Shown here piece by piece: positions 18,003 through 26,301 of a stretch of 43,798 nt of DNA (the first letter of the stretch is position 1; every line of letters starts with the position of its first letter). This DNA is from a virus (Duplodnaviria; Caudoviricetes): positions 1 to 43,798 of the IMG/VR virus record IMGVR_UViG_3300017658_000002. One strand, given 5' to 3'. The notes beneath the pieces were generated by a model, which made no database searches, was not told the DNA's origin, and saw nothing but the letters and a program-made list of their open reading frames with translations. The translations under genes and the position numbers were made by a program.

Positions 18003-18023
18003 GCCCCGGCACGCGGCCGGGGC
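18003..18023. other. GC-rich hairpin between MCP and cement genes (no U-tract)
   Basis: GCCCCGGC-ACGCG-GCCGGGGC. Confidence 0.5.
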
Positions 18024-18033
18024 GGGTTGTGTC

Positions 18034-19023
18034 TTAGACGACTCGCGCTTCGGTGTTCAGAAGCGCATCGGTTTCGCGGATGGGCACACCGCGCATGGTT
18101 TGCCAGAACTTGCCTTCAAGCTCCTGGGTCTTGAGCGCCAGCGCGGTCTTATCCAGGCTCTGGATGTCCAGGGCTTCGGCCACTTCCTTGTTCATGTAGA
18201 ACACGGGGCGACCCATGCGCAGGTTAGGCACGCGGTGCAGCGCCCGGGCCATAAGCTTGAGGATGTCGGCCGGACTCGAACCACCTAGTTCGGACACGTC
18301 GATGTTGGCGATACGCACCACGTAGCGCCAGTCGCGCAGCGTCAGGCCCAGGTCCCACTTGTAGTGAGTGCGGTAGCCCTGATACTGGCCGCCGTCCGCA
18401 TCGAACAGCGTGTGCTCGCCCAGGTCGCGAGACTGCAGGCCGGCGGTAGAGCCCTTCGGGAAAATCGAGTGCACGGTATTCGGACCCCAGACCATCAGCC
18501 AGATCGAGGTGTTGTCGTCGCCGGTACCCTTGGCGTCGATGATGTTGCCCTTGTTCTGGGCGTTGGTCAGGTCCGAGTAGCGCGGCGCCAAGCCCATGAA
18601 CTTTTGCGGCTCCAGGGCGCTATTGCCGTAGAACAGCGTGCCGGCCATGGTCTGGTTCAGGCCTTCGATAAAGGCACGGTCTTCCGACAGACGCCATGCG
18701 GCCTTGTTGTCGTTCAGATCGGCCAAGGCCTTGTCGACCTCGGCATAGGTTTCCAGCATGCCCATGCTGTCCTTGACCGGCACGGTGCGCGACTTCTCGG
18801 GCTGCACGCCGTAGTTCAGTTCGCGCCAGGTGCCTTGAGGCAGGCCCGAACGCACGGTGGTCTTGTGCTCGGTGTAGCCGTTGGCCTCGATGACGGTCAT
18901 GTCATCCAGAATGGGGTTGGTTTCGGCCAGCAGTTCGACGATTTGCGGGTCGATCTTGCCGTTGCTGTCCATGCGGGCGGTAAAGTCCGCCAGCGTCGGG
19001 TTCAGGGTGCTGAGGGTTGCCAT
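18034..19023 (-). CDS. Major capsid protein (BPP-1/epsilon15 type)
   Basis: IVELLAETNPILDD, DWRYVVRIANID and GVPIRETDALLNTE motifs. Confidence 0.9.
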   Translation of the reverse strand: MATLSTLNPTLADFTARMDSNGKIDPQIVELLAETNPILDDMTVIEANGYTEHKTTVRSGLPQGTWRELNYGVQPEKSRTVPVKDSMGMLETYAEVDKALADLNDNKAAWRLSEDRAFIEGLNQTMAGTLFYGNSALEPQKFMGLAPRYSDLTNAQNKGNIIDAKGTGDDNTSIWLMVWGPNTVHSIFPKGSTAGLQSRDLGEHTLFDADGGQYQGYRTHYKWDLGLTLRDWRYVVRIANIDVSELGGSSPADILKLMARALHRVPNLRMGRPVFYMNKEVAEALDIQSLDKTALALKTQELEGKFWQTMRGVPIRETDALLNTEARVV

Positions 19024-19038
19024 GTCTGGTTCTCCTGG

Positions 19039-19692
19039 TTAATTCATATTGCTGTTCGGATAGAGCCGCTTCGGATCGTGGGTATTGCTCTTGCCGCCAT
19101 TGCCACGTACAAAGCCGTCTTCGCTGATTGCCTTGCCCGCCCGGACCATGAAGCGAATCACCTCGGGGTGATTGCCCAGACCGGAGTCGTTCAGCAGCGT
19201 GTGCAGTTCAGGCGTCGCGAACGCATCGAGGGCCTTCTTGGCGTGCGACAGGTTCTCGGCCAGGTGTTCCCCGCCAAACTCCTTGTCGCTGCGCGCCTCG
19301 TTGGCCCAGTGTTCGCGGGCCGCGTCCAGTTGCTCGGCTTGACGGGTGGCCAATACCGGCGCCATCTTGTCGAGCATCTTCTGCGCGGCGTCCTGGGGCA
19401 GGTTCAGTTCCTTGGCCACCTCGGCGAAGCTACCGATCACAGCCGGGTCGATATCGAGGCCTTCGGTCGGCTTGAACTCGTACTGCTCAGGGGAGCCCTC
19501 GGGCTCTTCCTTGGCCTTGGCCTCGTCCGGTTTGGTTTCCGGCTGGGCTTCGGCTGCGGGTTGGCCTTCTTGCTGCTGCTGTTGACCGGCAGTGTCCGCA
19601 CCAGTAGCGGCTTGCTGTTCGGTCGTTTGCGATGCGGACTCGCCTTCAGGGGTCGTTGCGGTCGTTTCCGTCACCAGGGTTTCGTTGCTCAT
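19039..19692 (-). CDS. Capsid scaffolding protein
   Basis: Acidic disordered N-terminus, PEQYEF, GLGNHPEVIRF..RAGKAISED; immediately upstream of MCP. Confidence 0.75.
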   Translation of the reverse strand: MSNETLVTETTATTPEGESASQTTEQQAATGADTAGQQQQQEGQPAAEAQPETKPDEAKAKEEPEGSPEQYEFKPTEGLDIDPAVIGSFAEVAKELNLPQDAAQKMLDKMAPVLATRQAEQLDAAREHWANEARSDKEFGGEHLAENLSHAKKALDAFATPELHTLLNDSGLGNHPEVIRFMVRAGKAISEDGFVRGNGGKSNTHDPKRLYPNSNMN

Positions 19693-19993
19693 TAGCTTCT
19701 CTCACCATTACCGGGTAAAGCTCCGGGCACGTCGCGTGGATCTGCATCAAGGTGCGAAGCCCTTCATTCCTGTTTCCCTCGGCAAAGGCCATGGCCATTG
19801 CGTTGGTGTTGAATGAAAGGTGGAACACCCCCGCCCGATCCAGTTGACGCCAAACAATCCGGCGCCCGCGCTTACTGCCCATGAGCCACTTGAGGTCACC
19901 CTCTTCGGTATCCTTGGCCAGGGTGCGGCGCCGGTCGGTGTCGGCCTGCGCGCGTTCCTGGCTGCGAATATCGGTCGGGTCGTAAGAACTCAT
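19646..19993 (-). CDS. Bbp19-like head assembly protein
   Basis: DLKWLMGSKRGRRIVW...F..NAMAMAFAEGNRNEGL motif. Confidence 0.75.
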   Translation of the reverse strand: MSSYDPTDIRSQERAQADTDRRRTLAKDTEEGDLKWLMGSKRGRRIVWRQLDRAGVFHLSFNTNAMAMAFAEGNRNEGLRTLMQIHATCPELYPVMVREANEQRNPGDGNDRNDP

Positions 19994-19999
19994 GTGCGC

Positions 20000-20031
20000 A
20001 CAATAGGCGGGCCGGCTCGCGGTACGTGCAC
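20000..20031 (-). promoter_or_regulatory. Putative late promoter (capsid operon), leaderless: GTGCACGTA-N17-TATTGT-N6-ATG
   Basis: Exact motif just downstream of a terminator. Confidence 0.8.
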
Positions 20032-20040
20032 CCTGCGCGC

Positions 20041-20067
20041 AAAAAGAAGCCCGCCAGAACAGCGGGC
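20041..20067 (-). terminator. Rho-independent terminator after portal/staple genes
   Basis: GCCCGC-TGTTCTG-GCGGGC followed by TTCTTTTT on the minus strand. Confidence 0.7.
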
Positions 20068-20095
20068 CAAAGGTGGGGGGCTGCGGGTAATTCGG

Positions 20096-20416
20096 TCAGT
20101 TCATGTTGCTGCTGGCATACAGGTTTTGCGGGTTGCTGGCCTGCCCGCCATCGGGCTTCAGTTCCATGTCGGTAATCTGCAGACTGATGTCGCGGTTCTT
20201 GCCGTCGGTGCGTTCGTACTGCGATACCGACGTCACCTGCACACGCGCTACCAGGTGCATCACGGTGCCGACATCGGGCAGCTGGTCGATGCCCAGCTTC
20301 TGCAGCGATTCGTCATCCAGGCTGAGGCACAGGCCGTAGGGGTATTCGGGCTGGTCGTTGGCGCAACAATCGCTGAGCATCGTGGCGTCTTTGTGCGCGC
20401 GTTTCATGTTGATCAT
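20096..20416 (-). CDS. Capsid staple-like protein
   Basis: YPYGLCLSLDDESLQKLG..LPDVG...LQITDM motif; AAGGA SD. Confidence 0.65.
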   Translation of the reverse strand: MINMKRAHKDATMLSDCCANDQPEYPYGLCLSLDDESLQKLGIDQLPDVGTVMHLVARVQVTSVSQYERTDGKNRDISLQITDMELKPDGGQASNPQNLYASSNMN

Positions 20417-20428
20417 GGCGTCGGTCCT

Positions 20429-22108
20429 TTAGGTGTAGCCGCTGAAAGCGTCCATCACGCTGGTCAGCGCGCTGGGCTGGCTGGTCTGTGCAGCGGCCAG
20501 GTCTTTGGCGGTGGCAGCGCCCTGCTGCATCATGGCGGCGTCTTGCTGCGCCTGGGCCGCCTGGGCACGCTGCTGGCGCACCAGTGCCACCTGTTCGCCC
20601 GGCACAATCAGTTCGGGGTCCAGGCCCAGCATGTCGGCGTAGGCATCGGCCCAGCGGTCGGCGTCGAACTTGTCGAGCACTTCGGGCTTGAACTGCGCCA
20701 CCTGGCCCAGGTTCATGACGAACCGGTCCACGCTGTTGGTGGCAATGGCGCGCTGCGCCTGCGCCAGCATCGAGACGAACTCCACGTTCAGTTCCATACC
20801 CTGCAGTTCGGGCGGGGGCGGCGGCACAATACGCGCCTCGAGCATCCGGTCGAACGTCATGGAAATGAGCGGGTCCAGGATCTCGTTGTGCAAGCGCTCA
20901 AGCACCGGGCCCAGCATTAGCAGCTTCTCTTCGTGCCGCTCGGCCACCTCCGTGGCGGTCATGTTGCGCAGATCGCCCCCGGCCAGCATCAGGAACAAGT
21001 CAGCGTAGAAGCTGGCCTTGATGCGCTCGCGCACGTCCACAATGTCGTTCAGCAGGTGGCTCAGGTCGATGTTGACCTCGAACGCGCTGCGAATCCCTGC
21101 CTGGGGTGCGGTGGCGTCCACGTAGGAAATGCCGCCGGGCAGCGTATCCAGTTCGCGATTCTTGAAGGCCATGGGCACCTGCAGGGGCGGGTTGGTCTTG
21201 TAGTCGATGCCCTGGGCCTTGCGCAGCTGCTCGTGCTGCAGCTGCTTGATGTCGCCCAGTGCTTCCATGGCCGGGCTGTTGCCGTAGATATCGCCCCCGC
21301 TGGTGGCCCAGCGTGGCGACAACGACGGGTACCGGCGAAAGCCCGATTCACGCAAGAACTCGTGTTCACGCGACCCGGCCTCGAAGTAGTTCGACATCCA
21401 GGGCATGTTGCGTGCATCGCGCTTGCCGTGTTCGCGGTCGGTGCGCGGCTCGATGGCGTGCATGACCGTGACCCACTTATCGAGGTTGCCCCGGTCGTAC
21501 AGGTTGCGCACCTGGTTGCTGACCTTGTCCAGCCCGAACTCGGCCACCGTCTGTCCCACGGTCAGCTGGAACTCGCGGTACAGCGTGTTCACGTGGCCTT
21601 CGTTGTCGGTCGTGATGGCGTACTCGCCCGCCGTCAGCACGTGCTGGTGGATGACCCGCTCGAAGTTGGGCAGCACGATGGAACTGGCCGTGCCGAACGC
21701 GCCTAGTTCCTCGTACATGGAGTGCAGCGCGCGGTAGGTGTTGCTCTTGGCGAATACCATCTGCATCAGCGTGGTGACATCGGCCAGCCACGCCTTGACG
21801 CCGGCGGACTCATCTAGTTGCGGGTCGCTGGTAGTCAGGCGAAACCAGGGGCGCGCGGGGCTTGTCATGCCCGCCATCATGCCGGCGGCCAGCACACGCA
21901 AGGCGCGCGTGCCGGTGTTGTCGTAGATGCGGTTATGGCGCTGGTCGCCTTTATTCTGGTCGTTCAGAAAGAAGCGGCCAGAACGCGGCAGCAGGTACTC
22001 GCTGATATCCTGCCAGTGGCTGATCCAGCTTTCACGCTCGGACTTGAGCCCGTTCCAGCGTGCCGACAGTTGCTCGCGCAGCTTCTGCTTGTCCATGGGT
22101 TTAGCCAC
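20429..22108 (-). CDS. Portal protein (head-tail connector)
   Basis: IYDNTG..A, TSPARPWF and MTATEVAERHEEKL motifs; alternative ATG at 22096. Confidence 0.9.
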   Translation of the reverse strand: MAKPMDKQKLREQLSARWNGLKSERESWISHWQDISEYLLPRSGRFFLNDQNKGDQRHNRIYDNTGTRALRVLAAGMMAGMTSPARPWFRLTTSDPQLDESAGVKAWLADVTTLMQMVFAKSNTYRALHSMYEELGAFGTASSIVLPNFERVIHQHVLTAGEYAITTDNEGHVNTLYREFQLTVGQTVAEFGLDKVSNQVRNLYDRGNLDKWVTVMHAIEPRTDREHGKRDARNMPWMSNYFEAGSREHEFLRESGFRRYPSLSPRWATSGGDIYGNSPAMEALGDIKQLQHEQLRKAQGIDYKTNPPLQVPMAFKNRELDTLPGGISYVDATAPQAGIRSAFEVNIDLSHLLNDIVDVRERIKASFYADLFLMLAGGDLRNMTATEVAERHEEKLLMLGPVLERLHNEILDPLISMTFDRMLEARIVPPPPPELQGMELNVEFVSMLAQAQRAIATNSVDRFVMNLGQVAQFKPEVLDKFDADRWADAYADMLGLDPELIVPGEQVALVRQQRAQAAQAQQDAAMMQQGAATAKDLAAAQTSQPSALTSVMDAFSGYT

Positions 22109-22403
22109 CCAGCAAATTCGTTTTGCCCAGGTTCAGCTGGTTCGGGTCTACACCTTGCGCACCAGTCAGCATGGTGCTGGCCCCGCCCGGCGAGGCGGCC
22201 TGCTGCAGCAAGGCGGCGGTATCGGGCGTGTTGCTGCGGGCGCGGTTCGTGTCCTGCTCGGCCTGCTCTTCCTGCTTGCGGGCGCGGTTCTCTGCATCAC
22301 GCTGAGCGCTGCGCGCCTGCTTGGACTGCTTTTCGCCCGAGTAGATGCTGTAGGCCGTGCCCACAACGCCGGCAATGGCGGCGGCTGTTACTGCTCCAGA
22401 CAT
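22101..22403 (-). CDS. Small virion/assembly protein upstream of portal
   Basis: GAGGA SD before ATG 22403; STMLTG..G...KTNLLGG C-terminus typical of pre-portal podovirus proteins. Confidence 0.65.
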   Translation of the reverse strand: MSGAVTAAAIAGVVGTAYSIYSGEKQSKQARSAQRDAENRARKQEEQAEQDTNRARSNTPDTAALLQQAASPGGASTMLTGAQGVDPNQLNLGKTNLLGG

Positions 22404-22849
22404 GGCGATTTCCTCTCGTTGGTGGTGTTGCACTGAAGCTGGCGGCGCGACAGCAGCCGGTCGGCTTCCTGGGTGAATTCGTCCTCGGCCTGGGCCACGT
22501 GTTGCGCCTTGGTGGGAAAGATCATCGTTACGTGGGTATCGGCGTGCGTGACAAAGGCCTGCTTGCGCCCGGCCTGGGCTGCAATGACGTGGTAGCCGGT
22601 CAGGCGCTGCGTGCCCTCGCCCGTGAACACGTCCACATCGCCCTGGATGATGAGCAGCGTGGCAAGCTCGATGAGCGCACCGGTCAGCATGGTGCCGGCG
22701 GGAATCGTGATGGTGCGGGCGTACATGCCCGCGTGCAGCACGTGATCGGTCGGGATGTCCACCTGGGGCAGTTGCAACGTCATGGTCTCGAGCTCGCGCA
22801 CCTTTTGCACGGCTTCGTTGCTCATGGGGGCGATAGCGTCCAGCGTCAT
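22388..22849 (-). CDS. Cupin-like protein
   Basis: HAGMYARTITIPAG.MLTG and GRKQAFVTHADT motifs; ATGA-coupled to the GNAT gene. Confidence 0.55.
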   Translation of the reverse strand: MTLDAIAPMSNEAVQKVRELETMTLQLPQVDIPTDHVLHAGMYARTITIPAGTMLTGALIELATLLIIQGDVDVFTGEGTQRLTGYHVIAAQAGRKQAFVTHADTHVTMIFPTKAQHVAQAEDEFTQEADRLLSRRQLQCNTTNERKSPCLEQ

Positions 22850-23304
22850 TGCAGCCCCCGAAAGAACACACGGTTGGTTTCTTGGTAACCGGCTCGCGGC
22901 ATGATTTTGGCAAGCCGCCCACCGTGGGGGGCACTGACCAGCAGGCCAACGGCGCCCAGCCCGCGCGCATGGTCTTCGGCACGGCGCAGCAGCTTCATGC
23001 CGGTGCCGCCGGCACGGGCGTCTTCGGCCACGAAGAACGATTCGGTCGTCGCCACTAGCGCGCCGTAGTGCGGCAGCACTGTGACGATCATCGACAGAAA
23101 GCCCACCAGGTCGGGGCCACGGTAGGCCACGAAGGTGTGCAGCGCGCCGGCCGCCTCGAGTTGTCGGTACTTGTCCAGCTGCACATTGCAGGGCCCCAGG
23201 CCCGGAATCGACGATTCGCGCTGATACGCAGCAAAGAGCACGTCCAGGTTGCGCGCCTGGGCGAACTCGTCGACGGTGCAGGAAGTGATGGCGATTTGTC
23301 CCAT
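22846..23304 (-). CDS. GNAT-family N-acetyltransferase
   Basis: FFVAEDARAGGTGMKLL acetyl-CoA motif A; start re-called to ATG 23304. Confidence 0.75.
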   Translation of the reverse strand: MGQIAITSCTVDEFAQARNLDVLFAAYQRESSIPGLGPCNVQLDKYRQLEAAGALHTFVAYRGPDLVGFLSMIVTVLPHYGALVATTESFFVAEDARAGGTGMKLLRRAEDHARGLGAVGLLVSAPHGGRLAKIMPRAGYQETNRVFFRGLQ

Positions 23305-23311
23305 GCCACGC

Positions 23312-23343
23312 AGGTTAGGCGTGGGTGTAGCGGGTACGTGCAC
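23312..23343 (-). promoter_or_regulatory. Putative late promoter (GNAT-portal operon), leaderless: GTGCACGTA-N17-TAACCT-N7-ATG
   Basis: Exact motif right after the terL stop. Confidence 0.75.
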
Positions 23344-23346
23344 TGC

Positions 23347-24891
23347 CTAGAGGTGGGCGTAGGGGTCGTACTCGCGCTGCTTGCCCTGGCGCTGCGGTGC
23401 GCCTCGGTCATCGCTGGTGAACTCCGGCACCGGGTGCGCGAACGTCACGGCCAGGGCGTCGGCGTCGTCGGGCGAGGCAAGGCCGCGCTTTTTCATCGAC
23501 TCTTTGCTTTCAAGCAGGATCTGGTCGCTGACGGTGAAGCCATACTCCACACCGGTCAGGTCGGTGGCCAGGGCTTCATCCTTTGCCAGGTAGCCGATGG
23601 GTAGCCACTGCTTCATGCGGCCCCACATTTCGGCGCGCTTGTTGGCGTACTTGCGCGGCTCATCGGCTTTGGCACCGAACTGCACTTCGATGACGTCGAT
23701 GGCCAGCTGCTGTAGCCGGTCGACCACGCCGCCGCCCACGCCGCCGCCGTCAACAAACACGACCACGCGCAGGCCTGCATTGCGCAGCATGGTGACGTGC
23801 TCGACCACGCGGCTGGCAAGCTGCATGGTGTCGAGTTCGCGAAAGCGCAGCGGCGGGAAGGTCTGGGCATCGCGCCCGATGCGGGTACGGATAACCGACT
23901 GATCGCCCCCGAAGCGCGCCACATCCACGCCGACAATAGCAGTCCGCCCTGCGAGCGGGCCGGCTTCGGCAACGCGGCCCATGGCGTCGTCCACCAGGTC
24001 GCGCGGGATGAACTGCAGGGTGCTGGCCCGAGGGAACACACCGCGCACGCGAACGCGCACAAAGTCGGAGTCCTCGCCGTAGTCGTCAATCCATTCCTGG
24101 ATCTGGGCCTTGTTGGTAATCTGAACCGTGCGGCTGTCGATCTGGCGGGCGCGCCAGCGGTGGCGCTGCTTGTTGAAGCACTCGAAGAAGCGCCCCGTGT
24201 TGCGGGTCGGGTTGCCGAACACGAACCACATGGGTTCACCGTCCGTCATGCCGCCCTCGGCCACCTCCCAGATGGCGTCGGGCACGGCCGAAGCCTCGTC
24301 GAAGATGTAGAACGGCGTGGAGTTGGCCGCGTGAAGGCCGGCAAACGACTCGCTGTTTTCCTCGCGGCAGGTTTGCGCGTCCAGGCGCCAGGATTCCGGG
24401 TGTTGCGTGTGCACCATGCGCATCGCACCCTTGCCGGTGGTGACCGTGAACCAATGGCCGGTAATGCAGCGCTTGGTCCACTTAGCAATCTCCGCCCAGG
24501 TCTTGGAGGCCAGCTGCTCGGCCGTGTTGGCCGTGACAACGCCCTTGCAGTAGGGCCGGGTGGACATGATCCAGTTCGCAATCCAGGCCGTGAAGGCCGA
24601 CTTGCCGATGCCGTGGCCGCTGCCGATGGCTTCGCGTATGGCCTTAACCGGCCTGGTGCCGTCAAAGCCGTTGGCCCGTACCTGCTCGCCGATGGCTTCC
24701 AGCGCTTCGCAGGCCCAGGCGTCGGGGCCGTACTCAGTGCCGTAGACAAGGTCCCACGGGCTTTCGAGCTTCACGACGCGCAAGGCAGGGTCGTTGTCCC
24801 AGTCGTAGGCATACATCACGAAGCCCAGCGGGTCGTCGAAGAAGCGGCCCATATCCTGGGCCAGCATCAGGTCGACGTTTTCAGTTGCCAC
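23347..24891 (-). CDS. terL: Terminase large subunit
   Basis: Walker A SGHGIGKS, Walker B YIFDEAS, GNPT coupling motif, nuclease GVDVARFGGD and SPDDADAL. Confidence 0.95.
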   Translation of the reverse strand: MATENVDLMLAQDMGRFFDDPLGFVMYAYDWDNDPALRVVKLESPWDLVYGTEYGPDAWACEALEAIGEQVRANGFDGTRPVKAIREAIGSGHGIGKSAFTAWIANWIMSTRPYCKGVVTANTAEQLASKTWAEIAKWTKRCITGHWFTVTTGKGAMRMVHTQHPESWRLDAQTCREENSESFAGLHAANSTPFYIFDEASAVPDAIWEVAEGGMTDGEPMWFVFGNPTRNTGRFFECFNKQRHRWRARQIDSRTVQITNKAQIQEWIDDYGEDSDFVRVRVRGVFPRASTLQFIPRDLVDDAMGRVAEAGPLAGRTAIVGVDVARFGGDQSVIRTRIGRDAQTFPPLRFRELDTMQLASRVVEHVTMLRNAGLRVVVFVDGGGVGGGVVDRLQQLAIDVIEVQFGAKADEPRKYANKRAEMWGRMKQWLPIGYLAKDEALATDLTGVEYGFTVSDQILLESKESMKKRGLASPDDADALAVTFAHPVPEFTSDDRGAPQRQGKQREYDPYAHL

Positions 24892-25387
24892 TGCGCTTTC
24901 GCGCGGCTACGATCGCCGACGCAATCTCGACCTGGCCGGAAAGATTGATGTCCTGCCGGTCGCGGTACTTGTCCGGGTTGTGCGCCTTGAGCAGGAAGAT
25001 GGCCAGCGTGTCGCTGTACTTGCGCACGGCCGCCACCTTGTGTTCGCCGTTCTCGTCCAGTACCGGCTCGCGCACCGGGAAGCCCATCTCGTTGAGCACG
25101 GGCTCGCCATTCTCGTCCAGCTTATCGCGGTACAGGTAGGTGAACTGGCCCTGGTGGGTCAGCGGGTCCTGCACTCCCTCGAAGGCGCGTCGGTGCGCTT
25201 CGTCTTCCAAGGCCGTGACGCCGGCCTGCATGGCCTCTTCCCACGCCTTGGCGAAGTCGGGCATGTCCTTGCGCCACTTGTAGGCGGTATAGCGCGAAAT
25301 GCCCACGGCCTTACACGCTCGGCCGACGTTGCACGTCTCGGCCAGGGCGGCGCAGAAAGCAGCGAGTTTTTCAGGTGTTAGCTTCAT
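24881..25387 (-). CDS. terS: Terminase small subunit
   Basis: N-terminal HTH, LEDEAHRRA.EG, KYSDTLAIFLLKA..PDKYR; overlaps terL; start re-called to ATG 25387. Confidence 0.85.
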   Translation of the reverse strand: MKLTPEKLAAFCAALAETCNVGRACKAVGISRYTAYKWRKDMPDFAKAWEEAMQAGVTALEDEAHRRAFEGVQDPLTHQGQFTYLYRDKLDENGEPVLNEMGFPVREPVLDENGEHKVAAVRKYSDTLAIFLLKAHNPDKYRDRQDINLSGQVEIASAIVAARKRSGN

Positions 25388-25391
25388 GCGC

Positions 25392-25649
25392 TCAAGTGTC
25401 GCCCGCCTCATCTGCAGGTACGTGCACCTCCTTCCACGCAACAGGGCGCTGCGCACGCCGTTGGTACCGGCAAATCCAGCCGATAGCCGACTTGCTCACT
25501 TCGAATTTTTCGGCCAGCTGCGAGTACGACATGCCGCCTTCATGCAGTTCGCGAATAAGCTCAACCTCTGCGTTCGTCAGTTTTGCCTGCTGATGGTCCT
25601 CACCCAGCCTGATGCCGCGTTCGTTTACGGCTACGGTCCGCTTAGCCAT
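25392..25649 (-). CDS. Stand-alone HTH DNA-binding protein (candidate late activator)
   Basis: GEDHQQAKLTNAEVELIR...SYSQLAEKFEVSKSAI; AGGAGG SD. Confidence 0.75.
   Translation of the reverse strand: MAKRTVAVNERGIRLGEDHQQAKLTNAEVELIRELHEGGMSYSQLAEKFEVSKSAIGWICRYQRRAQRPVAWKEVHVPADEAGDT
25395..25427 (-). promoter_or_regulatory. Putative late promoter (terminase), leaderless: GTGCACGTA-N18-GACACT-N7-ATG
   Basis: Exact motif inside the 3' end of the HTH gene; weaker -10 and 18-nt spacer. Confidence 0.65.
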
Positions 25650-25659
25650 AGCTGCCTCC

Positions 25660-25880
25660 TATGTGCAAAATTTTGCCCCTTAAACACGTAATTTTTTGCA
25701 AACCCCATTTACCCCATTTAGAACCTGTTTTTGGGTATCTTTTCTTATACGTACGCATAGGAAAAAGATAGGAAAAATAGAATTTAAATGGGGCAAACGG
25801 GGTAACGCCCTCGAACAAAACCGCGTTTCATGCAAGAATTTGCACACAGACACCAACACGTAAAAATTTGCACGATTGAA
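25660..25880. other. Putative replication origin
   Basis: Strongly AT-rich non-coding tract downstream of the primase; inverted iteron pairs ACCCCATTT x2 (25702-25720) and AAATGGGGC/AAACGGGGT (25786-25803). Confidence 0.6.
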
Positions 25881-25895
25881 TAGGCGATTTCCTGC

Positions 25896-26297
25896 ATGAA
25901 CGTCCTGATTCGTATTTTCGAACCGCGCGAATGCCGCGAAGTTCGGCAAGAAGCTGCGCGCATCATCAAGCAGCACACCGATCTTGCAGCCGGCACGTTG
26001 AGCGATTTCTGTAGCCAGTTCATCCGCCGAAATCGTCGCGCTGTGCGTGATGTCGTGCGCATCGAGCAGATTCCGGTGCCCCGCTGCGCCGCCTTCCTCG
26101 TGCTCAACTGCATCGATAAGCTTGTGTCCAGCGGACAGCACCATTCGTATCGAGGCGTACTCACTGCTATTGGTAAAGACCTGCTGACCGCCCATACGCG
26201 CCTGTCCGGCTACCTGGTCGAATCGGGCTTCATGAACCACGAGGAAGCCCAGCAGGCCCGGGAAGCCCTGCGGCAAGAGGTTGCAGAGGTCGGCTGA
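25896..26297 (+). CDS. Hypothetical protein, opposite to the surrounding operon
   Basis: 133-aa ORF filling the gap between origin and primase stop; no family recognised. Confidence 0.55.
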   Translation: MNVLIRIFEPRECREVRQEAARIIKQHTDLAAGTLSDFCSQFIRRNRRAVRDVVRIEQIPVPRCAAFLVLNCIDKLVSSGQHHSYRGVLTAIGKDLLTAHTRLSGYLVESGFMNHEEAQQAREALRQEVAEVG

Positions 26298-26301
26298 CAT
26301 G

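Noticed and set aside
22404-22982. 293-aa ORF-track extension of the pre-portal gene
   Set aside because: Overlaps the cupin and GNAT genes; the SD supports ATG 22403.
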